Shown here one piece after another: positions 11,696-20,105 of a stretch of DNA of 32,000 bases. The DNA is from Xylella taiwanensis (GTDB taxonomy: Bacteria > Pseudomonadota > Gammaproteobacteria > Xanthomonadales > Xanthomonadaceae), in contig NZ_CP053627.1 in the NCBI RefSeq assembly GCF_013177435.1, positions 120,001-152,000 of the forward strand, written 5' to 3'. The position numbers and the translations under genes were made by a program. How positions within the stretch are numbered: the stretch's first letter is position 1; the number at the start of each line of letters is the position of its first letter. Under the pieces are notes generated by a model, which saw only the letters and a program-made list of their open reading frames with translations, was not told the DNA's origin and did no database searches.

Positions 11696-12096
11696 GACGG
11701 ATTTTTCATGTATTCCATTGGCCAGTGTTCTTGCAGAAAGAAGGTGTGCCCAAGCAAAAGATACTGAAGCAGAGTGTCTTCACAGATGTTATATCGTGTT
11801 CATTGCGTCGAAACGATTGCAAGCCACCTGTTGTCAGATGAACGTCGCACCGTGCATTGCCACTGTGTCAACATCGTGAGCAATATGCTTTATTGTGATT
11901 TTCCGTACACCAATCATCATGCGTGTTCAATGTGGCGCTGCGGCTAGTCGAAGCAACCGATTAACGCGCATTGATCAACACATCCGCATCGCCTGATGTG
12001 GTTTTTGTTATTCAGGGTTGCTCAGTTCCACCACAGCACATTTGGCGATCCATCACCGGAGATCACCAAACAAATCCATGCTCAGGAGTGTTTTCG

Positions 12097-13788
12097 ATGT
12101 GTTCCATTTTCGGCATCTTCAACCTGCAACCTGGTGACAACCTGCAGACACTGCGCCATCAGGCATTGGAGTGCTCGCAACGGCAACGGCATCGCGGACC
12201 CGATTGGAGCGGCGTTTACGTTGATGCGGGCGTGATTCTGGTGCACGAACGTCTAGCGATCGTCGATCCGAGCGGCGGTGCCCAACCACTCCTCTCCGAG
12301 GATGGCAAGCTGGCGTTAGCGGTCAACGGCGAAATCTATAACCATGCCGTACTCAAAGGAGAACTGCAGCAGACCTACGCCTTCCAAACCAATTCTGACT
12401 GCGAAGTGATCAACGCGCTTTACCGCGAAGATATGCCAATCTCATTTCTAAATCGCCTTAATGGGATTTTTGCTTTCGCATTATGGGACAAGATGGTCGG
12501 ACGCGGCCTCATCGCACGCGATCCAATGGGTGTGGTTCCACTGTACTGGGGTCACGATAAGGAAGGCCGGTTACGTGTAGCGTCAGAGATGAAAGCATTG
12601 GTCGATAGCTGCCTCGACGTTGCGCAGTTCCCACCCGGCCACTGGTACGACACCGCAACGGGTACGCTGGTGAAGTACTACGAACGCCCCTGGAAACACT
12701 ATTCCGCAGTGGCAGGTGTGCACGTGTCGCTACAGGAGCTGCGTGAAGCCTTCGAGCGGGCAGTCCATCGTCAACTCATGACGGATGTGCCATACGGGGT
12801 GCTTCTGTCTGGTGGGCTGGATTCTTCTCTGGTGGCTGCTGTGGCTGCGCGCTACGCGCGCCATCGCATCGAAACCAATGATCAGAGCGAAGCATGGTGG
12901 CCACGTCTGCACTCATTCGCGATCGGTCTGAAAGACTCACCTGACTTGAGTGCGGCCAAAGTCGCTGCCGAAGCGTTGAATACCGTCCACCACAGTTTCG
13001 AATACACCTTTGAGGAGGGCCTGGATGCTCTACCCGAGGTGATTCGCCATATCGAAACTTACGACGTCACTACGATTCGCGCATCCACGCCGATGTTCCT
13101 GTTGGCACGTCGCATCAAGGCCATGGGAGTGAAGATGGTGCTGTCAGGTGAAGGCAGCGACGAAATCTTTGGCGGTTATCTATATTTCCACAAAGCGCCG
13201 AACGCACACGAGTTTCATGAAGAACTAGTCCGCAAGCTCGACGCGCTTTATTACTACGACTGCTTGCGCGCGAACAAGGCGATGATGGCTTGGGGCGTGG
13301 AGCCGCGCGTGCCGTTCTTGGATCGTGAATTCCTTGATGTGGCGATGCGGATGGATGCGCAGGACAAGATGGTTGATAAGACCAGCAACGGCCCACAGCG
13401 GATGGAGAAAGGCATCCTACGTGCAGCGTTCGACGGCGCTTTACCTCCGTCGATCCTGTGGCGGCAGAAGGAGCAGTTCAGTGATGGTGTTGGCTATGGC
13501 TGGATCGACGGGCTGAAAGCACATGCTGAAGGACAGGTTTCCGATAGCGAGTTTGCGAGTGCCGATACCCGTTTCCGGGTGAACCCGCCGCAGACCAAAG
13601 AAGCCTACTACTACCGCAACATCTTCGAATGCTTCTTCCCAAGCCTAGCAGCTGCTGAGACGGTACCGGGCGGCAAATCGATCGCCTGTTCCTCACCAGC
13701 GGCGCTTGCTTGGGATGCCAGCTTTGCCAGAATGGCCGACCCATCCGGCCGCGCAGTTAGTGGAGTTCATAAACAGGCGCTGTCCTAG
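12097..13788 (+). CDS. asnB: Asparagine synthetase B (glutamine-hydrolysing)
   Basis: 563 aa counted from ATG 12097, which gives the obligatory Met-Cys N-terminus (MCSIFGIF). CAGGAG lies 8 nt upstream. The PP-loop LLSGGLDSS is present. The ORF-track start at 11971 is a TTG extension. Confidence 0.92.
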   Translation: MCSIFGIFNLQPGDNLQTLRHQALECSQRQRHRGPDWSGVYVDAGVILVHERLAIVDPSGGAQPLLSEDGKLALAVNGEIYNHAVLKGELQQTYAFQTNSDCEVINALYREDMPISFLNRLNGIFAFALWDKMVGRGLIARDPMGVVPLYWGHDKEGRLRVASEMKALVDSCLDVAQFPPGHWYDTATGTLVKYYERPWKHYSAVAGVHVSLQELREAFERAVHRQLMTDVPYGVLLSGGLDSSLVAAVAARYARHRIETNDQSEAWWPRLHSFAIGLKDSPDLSAAKVAAEALNTVHHSFEYTFEEGLDALPEVIRHIETYDVTTIRASTPMFLLARRIKAMGVKMVLSGEGSDEIFGGYLYFHKAPNAHEFHEELVRKLDALYYYDCLRANKAMMAWGVEPRVPFLDREFLDVAMRMDAQDKMVDKTSNGPQRMEKGILRAAFDGALPPSILWRQKEQFSDGVGYGWIDGLKAHAEGQVSDSEFASADTRFRVNPPQTKEAYYYRNIFECFFPSLAAAETVPGGKSIACSSPAALAWDASFARMADPSGRAVSGVHKQALS

Positions 13789-13804
13789 TGAACTTGACGC
13801 CTCA

Positions 13805-13829
13805 CCACATGCGGCGTCATGCAGGCTTG
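13805..13829. terminator. Hairpin in the convergent asnB / beta-helix gene gap
   Basis: TGACGCC (13805-13811) pairs with GGCGTCA (13823-13829) around an 11-nt loop. It lies in the 58-nt gap between two convergent stop codons. There is no clear T-tract. Confidence 0.3.
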
Positions 13830-13846
13830 GGGTGACACTGCTTCTA

Positions 13847-14872
13847 CTAAGTCTGTACGCAGGTGCCGTAAACATCGGAGGGTGGGTTGGAGCTCGATGC
13901 ATCGGCCTTGTTATTGCGCCACACGTTTGGCTTGAAGTCCGATGCTTTGCAGTTAGCGGCGTGGTCGGCGCCAATCGTATAGATATACGGACTCTTCTCA
14001 AATATGTTGTGCTCGAACATGTTCCCCTGGCTCATGCTGTTATCCCAGCACCGCACTTCTGGGATACGCTGGCGGATTGAGCAGGTGAAAAACACACCCG
14101 CCAATTTGTTCTTGATGAACTGGTTGCGTGTGAATACATTGCCGTATGCGTCAGCGAGATATAACCCCTGACTGCCGTTGCGTTCCAATCGATTGCCGCG
14201 GATCTCACTGTCTTCCAGATGTTCCGTGGTGATGCCGGCGGCAACGTTGTCGTGGATCACGTTGTCGATCAGGCGTACATGAGAACTGCGATTGAATGAC
14301 ACTCCATCCCAGGTTGCACCGGAGACGTCGTTACGCTCGATGTTAATGGTGCGGCTGTCGTACTCACTGAGCAGGCAGGCACTGCGACACTGGCTGACCT
14401 TGAGATCTAACAGGCTTACGTTGTGCGCGGCGCGTAGCACGACCACGCTGTTACTCAAATATGGCCGCTCTGGCATGAATTCGTGCTCGACATCAGTCGT
14501 GCCGATGAGTTGCAGGCGTTCGATCACCACGTCGTGAATCTGTTTCGCGGGTTGTTGATTCTGATAGTCACCAATGACGATCAATGGCTGTTGCACATCT
14601 TTCTTGAGACGAATCACCGTATTTGTACCGCTACCACGGATATACACGCTGTCGCGGTCAATATGCAGCAGCTTGTCCACTTGGTACTCGCCCTTATTCA
14701 GGCACAGTACCGCGGGATGCGCATCGCTAGGTAACGTATCAATGGCATGCTGTAGATCTTGGCCAGGTGAAACCCATGCACTGCAGGGCGACTGCATGTT
14801 TGCTTTGACATGAGTGACAGTGAGTACTAGCAGCAGTGCGAGAACGGAAGTAGCAAGGATGCGCTGGGGCAT
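13847..14872 (-). CDS. Secreted right-handed parallel beta-helix repeat protein (PbH1/NosD-like fold), function unknown
   Basis: 341 aa counted from ATG 14872, with AGGAA 6 nt upstream. The N-terminal signal peptide reads MPQRILATSVLALLLVLTVTHVKA. Repeated beta-helix turns are visible (NDVSGATWDGVSFNRSSHVRLIDNVIHDNVAAGITTEHLEDSEIRGNRLERNGSQGLYLADAYGNVFTRNQFIKN). Confidence 0.7.
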   Translation of the reverse strand: MPQRILATSVLALLLVLTVTHVKANMQSPCSAWVSPGQDLQHAIDTLPSDAHPAVLCLNKGEYQVDKLLHIDRDSVYIRGSGTNTVIRLKKDVQQPLIVIGDYQNQQPAKQIHDVVIERLQLIGTTDVEHEFMPERPYLSNSVVVLRAAHNVSLLDLKVSQCRSACLLSEYDSRTINIERNDVSGATWDGVSFNRSSHVRLIDNVIHDNVAAGITTEHLEDSEIRGNRLERNGSQGLYLADAYGNVFTRNQFIKNKLAGVFFTCSIRQRIPEVRCWDNSMSQGNMFEHNIFEKSPYIYTIGADHAANCKASDFKPNVWRNNKADASSSNPPSDVYGTCVQT

Positions 14873-16358
14873 GCGGATTCCTAAGGAAATTAAGTTGAGA
14901 AACGGCGCGCACAAGTGCAGCTGGCTTTAGAAACCTTAAGTGTCGCTCAGCAATCAAACGATAAACCCCACCATGAGAGAGACAGGTTGACTGAGATTCA
15001 TTAGATATAAGATCGCTGTGAAGTTGTCTCATAGCTAAAGGTCATGAGCACCCGCTGGACTAAGATGCAAATCGCAGACACTGATAGTCCAACATTACAA
15101 CACCTTCCAGGTGATTTACTGTGAATACCATCTCTATAAAGGCTGACCACTGGGAATGAATAGCCGTATCAAGCCTCTTGGACATCCTGTTGATTATTTT
15201 TGATTTCAAAAAATGGCTAGGTTTTATTGACATCTGGCTTGTTGCGCGAATACGTCAGGATAGTTGTTACGCTGTTGAGTGATGCAGTGATGTATGGACG
15301 CAGCGCCAATGGATATTGACAGGCAAGGCGAGCGGCCCGAGTCCAGTGGCTGTCTTCCTCCAAACCGTTCGTTACAGACTCTTCGTGGTCCCGTTTGCTG
15401 AGGGAATTGGGCGACATCCGCGTTTCTCGATGGTGGCGAAATGATGTTTAGGAGCCCCTCGCACTAGGAGGACATGTCAGATGTGAATTTGGCACATCCT
15501 GATTGATTCGACGCTTGTGGATGGCAGTAGCATGCAGTTGGAGCATTAAAAACAGGCGACCGTAAGCACCCGAGCCTTTTCAATGTGGCTTGATGACCAG
15601 GTTGTCTCTAGTGGTGGATGCTTCGAACAAACCGGTGTGGTGGATCGTTACCGCAGTGTGAGCACACTGTACTTTGGTGTGTAAAAAAAGATCGTCGACC
15701 ATTGGCCTGTCAAAGCCTTTATGGCTGGAAAAGGTAAGTTGCAGTGCATCCAATTTGGTACAGAAAACGCTCATTGCCAGGATGGCGCGTGGGATGTTGA
15801 TGCTTGCCTACAGATGGTTCGATCCACCTCTGCCAAGGGTGCCATCACACCGTGTTCGCATTGCAAGTCGAAACGCTGAGACAGTCGTGAGGTGTACAGC
15901 ACGTCACTGCTGGTGCGACCGTATCAAGCATGTGTGTCGCCTCTCTACACGTGAAAATATGCTTGCCAGTAGCGGTCTGGTCTTTGCCTCAAGTTCCGGT
16001 GTGTTTGGACCATACGTGAACATGTAAACGTGGTCTGATGCCTGCGGTGCTGAGTGCACCAATGTCTAACGTGAGGTTGTTGTAAAGAGCGTGCAAGACG
16101 TATGTGCCATTCGTTTCCAGACGATGACCTGCGAGAAAATACGGTGAACATGAACCGGGCACTCGCCACGAAACCGATGCTTGCAATGCTGTGCGTTGAT
16201 GCGCTGAACTACTTTATTGATCCGCAGAAGCCATCAACACCAACCGACCAATGATTTGGAGGGGGACGGATAAGTTGAGCGGGTTGCTTCATGCATTTTC
16301 TATACGTAGAGAAGTCTTCGGGTATCGAGGGATCTTGTTAATAGATTGAAACGGGGCC

Positions 16359-17390
16359 GTGATGATCAATTCAAACCTGTTTGACAGTGTGTTGCCGATT
16401 GTTGCTGCACCGATGGCAGGTGGGCCAACCACGGTCGCTCTAGCGGAGGCTGTGCGTGATGCAGGGGGCTTCTCATTTCTTGCCGGTGGGTACAAATCCG
16501 CCGCGGCGCTTGGGGCCGAGATCGGTGCGTTACGAGCAAGTGGTGGTGATTTTGGGGTCAATCTGTTCGTCCCCTCGCCGTGTATGGTGGATGTGGTGGC
16601 ATTCAGCGTCTACGCCGCCGAACTACAGTCTGAGGCAGCGCCGTATGGGCTTCGCCTCGATCCGGTGCCCGTGGTTGATGACGACGATGGCTGGTCGGAT
16701 AAGCTGGCGTTGTTGTTGAACGATCCGGTGCCGGTTGTTTCGTTCACGTTTGGATTGCCTGCTCTGCGAGATATTGCCGCGCTCCAGCGTGCTGGAAGCC
16801 GGGTGTTGGCGAGCGTCACGCTACCTGAGGAGGCGCAGGTGGCGATGGAAGCGGGCGTTGATGGCTTGGTCGTGCAGGGGCCCGATGCTGGAGGGCACAG
16901 CGCGACCTATGATCCTGCGCGTCCATTCACCCCATTGAAGACTGTCAGCTTGGTACATCATGTGCGTGCTGTGAGCACATTGCCGGTGATTGCCACGGGT
17001 GGCGTGGATGGTCCCACGGCGGTCCGCGCGCTGTTGCAAGCCGGCGCTGTGGCGGTTGCGATTGGCACGCTGCTGCTGCGTACCAAAGAGTCAGGAGCGA
17101 CCCAGGTTTACAAGGACGCCTTGGCGAGTCCGGCGTATACGGAAACAACCATCACTCATGCATTTACGGGTCGTCCGGCCCGAGCGCTGCGGAATGGTTT
17201 CATCAATCGCCATCATAGTTCGGCTCCATTGGGTTATCCCGTGATTCATCACCTGACCCGCCCGCTACGACAGGCCGCGGCGAGTGCCGGAGATACGGAT
17301 GTGGTGCATTTGTGGGCTGGAACCGGATACCGTCAGGCCATGGATGGTTCAGCCGCTGACGTGATTCGGCATCTAGCTGCCGGGCTGTGA
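16359..17390 (+). CDS. Nitronate monooxygenase (2-nitropropane dioxygenase / FabK-like FMN enzyme)
   Basis: 343-aa ORF with LPIVAAPMAGGPTTVALAEAVRDAGGFSFLAGG and VVQGPDAGGH, typical of the NMO family. The start is GTG 16359 or ATG 16362. It is noticeably more G+C-rich than its flanks. Confidence 0.85.
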   Translation: MMINSNLFDSVLPIVAAPMAGGPTTVALAEAVRDAGGFSFLAGGYKSAAALGAEIGALRASGGDFGVNLFVPSPCMVDVVAFSVYAAELQSEAAPYGLRLDPVPVVDDDDGWSDKLALLLNDPVPVVSFTFGLPALRDIAALQRAGSRVLASVTLPEEAQVAMEAGVDGLVVQGPDAGGHSATYDPARPFTPLKTVSLVHHVRAVSTLPVIATGGVDGPTAVRALLQAGAVAVAIGTLLLRTKESGATQVYKDALASPAYTETTITHAFTGRPARALRNGFINRHHSSAPLGYPVIHHLTRPLRQAAASAGDTDVVHLWAGTGYRQAMDGSAADVIRHLAAGL

Positions 17391-19266
17391 GCAGTCATCA
17401 CGGATGGGTTCAGTACTTGTGCCCGGTGATGTTCACACGTGAGCGACTGAATCAAGGGACCAGTCGAATACGTTTATTGCCATATAGGCACCGTGGTCAG
17501 TGGTTCGTCCAGAAAGGTGTTTGGGTATTGGGGACGGGTGACCGTTTGTGGTCCATGTGACCCCTGCGGCGCTTAGCGTCGACGCGACAACGGTTTTCTT
17601 GGCTCATGTTGCCGACGTTCTCCATCATGGGTTTCAAGCATCGCTATATGTTTATGAATCGATCTTGTGGCGGCGATTTTTACCTATGTTCTCTGGTTGC
17701 AGCGTCTTTCTGCTGATTCCATTCGACGCACGTTGTATCGATGAGAATGCCTTAGTGAGGTTGGTAACGAGGCTTAGTGTCGATCACGGCGCTGAGTTCG
17801 ACTGATCTCCTGCATATTCCTGGTCCGCGATGCAGGCATGTGCGTCTTGTCCTCAAACACGCTGCTGTGGTGCCGGTGCTGATCGGGATTAGGCGCTACG
17901 CATCAAGCGTTATTGTGCTTGTCGAGGACGCTCAACGCGCCGATCTTGCTGAGGGTGGGCTGTTGGTGTCGTATCAAGCGTTGACCCCAGATGACCTGTA
18001 TCGGTGTTTGAGGACACGAGGCGTGCGTTGTCCGTACCTCTGGTGGCGTACGCTCACTCAACGACCAAGCACAGCATTTTTACAGATGCTCGGCATCATG
18101 CGATGGCTGCTTTGCTTAATGCCGTTTCGATTGAACTGCCTCGCGTGTCGATGGCAACTTACGTTATACGCGTGTGACGGCATTTCCCGATGCATATCAC
18201 GCAAATGTTCCAGTGGACACATTGTGTGCGACTGATTGCAACGTTGGCTACTGTGTTTGATATTCCACGATTACCGGGACGTTGCTTGAGTTGGCGCTAC
18301 CGATCATCAGCGCCGCTCAAACAGGTGATGTTGGTAAAGCGGCTGCGCTGTCGGCACGGTGATAGGTGTTGTGGGGTTTGTTTTTGCGTCACGGCAACCT
18401 TCGTGTCGCTGTTACGATTGTTGAACAGCTCGGCCTCGTGCATCGACCGCATGTGTGTGTCTCCCTAGAGAGGTTAGCCATGACAATCGAGCAAAGTTGA
18501 TTACGGTTATCGAGAAAGTGGAGCTTTACTCATGATAAGAAGTGCTCAACTGATCTGTGACTTCCTTTTCGAGGAGCTTAGCTGCATTGCTTGATGATTG
18601 AATGCGTGTAGATGCGCCGTGTCGATCCTGATGCGAGTGGTGTCTTGATCACTGCGGAGGGCTGTGCTAGGAACTGAAATTCTGGCTGTGCTTGGCATGT
18701 TTAAGCGGAGTGCTCATGAAAGAGTGGATTGCTGCCCGTTCCTGACGCTGGAGAAGGAGATTATCGTGGCGCTTCTGCATACGGTTCAATCCACGCTTGA
18801 GGTAGGCTGGGTGGTGCCGTGGTTGCTGATGTTCTTGAGGTGTAGATCTTCGTGACAGAGAGTTAAGTAGATCGCCAATGCACCGCACACCCAGGGCCGT
18901 GGCGCAGTCCTGAAAGCCATTGGATGGAGGCTATATTGGTGATGGTCATGGGTTTACTTTCTCTAGTTTGGATGTCCTGCTTGATAGGAGACAGGTGAAT
19001 TCAGGAACCAGACGTTCAGAACGTTCAGGGTGAGTTTCCACATCTTTGGATTGTGAAATCCAATCACACATTGGTCGAGCGATGGCGCATCAGTCACGTC
19101 TAAAGGGGCATATGAACAGAGAGGTTCCATCACTGGCAGCGGGTTGTTATCGATGGGTGTTCGTGTATTGTCAGCGTCACCGCGTGGGGTGCTTGAACGC
19201 TGTGCTCCATCTGGCTATATACACTTGAATGTGGCGCATTCTAGAGAGGTCGCTTGTGTCTCCCCT

Positions 19267-19289
19267 AATTAGTAGTAATAATACTAATT
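19267..19289. promoter_or_regulatory. Putative LexA operator: palindrome AATTAGTA-N7-TACTAATT abutting the lexA ATG
   Basis: The perfect 8-bp arms at 19267-19274 and 19282-19289 were read directly. The TTAG...TACTA half-sites resemble the LexA box I recall for Xylella and Xanthomonas. A possible -35 TTGTGT (19254-19259) and -10 AATAAT (19277-19282) are separated by 17 nt. Confidence 0.55.
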
Positions 19290-19925
19290 ATGCGTTTGAC
19301 CGATATCCAGCAGGCGATCCTGGCATTGATTACCGACCATATCAACGCTGACGGCGTGCCGCCGTCGCAGGCTGAGATCGCTCGTGCATTCGGCTTCAAA
19401 GGCATTCGTGCTGTTCAGCACCATCTTGAGGTGTTGGAGCAGGCGGGTGCTATCCGCCGTGTGCCTGGACAGGCACGTGGAATCCGGCTGGTGCATCTTA
19501 CTGAGGTTCGTGCCGCTGCGTTGGTGCCAGATACCGCTGATGTGTTGCGGTTGCCGGTACTTGGGCGCGTTGCGGCTGGTCAACCGATCAGTCCTGACAT
19601 TGGTGAGCATGATGTTGTGTTGCTGGATCGGGTGTTCTTCTCGCCGGCACCGGATTATCTGTTAAAGGTTCAAGGTGATTCGATGCGCGATGAAGGGATT
19701 TTCGACGGTGATTTGATCGGCGTACATCGCACACGGGATGCGCATTCCGGACAAATTGTGGTGGCGCGCATTGATGAGGAGATCACCGTCAAACTGTTGA
19801 AGATCAGTAAGGACCGGATTCGTTTGCTGCCACGCAATCCCGACTTTGCACCGATCGAGGTGATGCCGGATCAGGATTTTGCCATTGAGGGGTTATATTG
19901 CGGCCTGCTGCGTCCGAATCGGTGA
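19290..19925 (+). CDS. lexA: SOS repressor LexA
   Basis: 211-aa ORF. It has an N-terminal winged-helix region (MRLTDIQQAILALITDHI...PPSQAEIARAFGF), the cleavage site VAAGQP, and the Ser/Lys dyad context GDSM...VKLL. Confidence 0.93.
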   Translation: MRLTDIQQAILALITDHINADGVPPSQAEIARAFGFKGIRAVQHHLEVLEQAGAIRRVPGQARGIRLVHLTEVRAAALVPDTADVLRLPVLGRVAAGQPISPDIGEHDVVLLDRVFFSPAPDYLLKVQGDSMRDEGIFDGDLIGVHRTRDAHSGQIVVARIDEEITVKLLKISKDRIRLLPRNPDFAPIEVMPDQDFAIEGLYCGLLRPNR

Positions 19926-20105
19926 TGAGATTTGTCTCAATCTACACGTTGTCTTTTTCTGACGTTGTCGCTCTGGCGATGCTGTTGTACGTGACTTGCC
20001 TTGGCGACTTAAACTGATGACGCCATCCATTTTTTCAGCCTATGTGATGTGCGCTTGGTGAGCTTTCCACATCATGTTTCTATTAATACGACGAGGACTA
20101 TTTGG

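Noticed and set aside
11971-12096. N-terminal extensions proposed by the ORF track: asnB from TTG 11971, recA from 20049, prlC from 28159, the PLP enzyme from 29330, arsC-family from 10037, csrA from 24635, and the beta-helix protein from 14914
   Set aside because: Family-conserved N-termini and Shine-Dalgarno sequences support the internal starts given in the feature table. The clearest cases are Met-Cys for Asn[10 protein letters not shown] for RecA and MLILTRR for CsrA.
15162-15190. AGCCGTAT, reminiscent of the 5' half of group II intron domain V
   Set aside because: There is no complementary ACGG...C 3' half, no GNRA loop and no reverse-transcriptase remnant nearby.
15816-15835. tRNA-like 3' fragment GGTTCGATCCACCTCTGCCA (possible att scar)
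   Set aside because: The flanking bases cannot form a T-stem, since only 1-2 of 5 pairs are possible. No acceptor-stem partner exists, and there is no matching intact tRNA in the window. It is most likely a chance resemblance.
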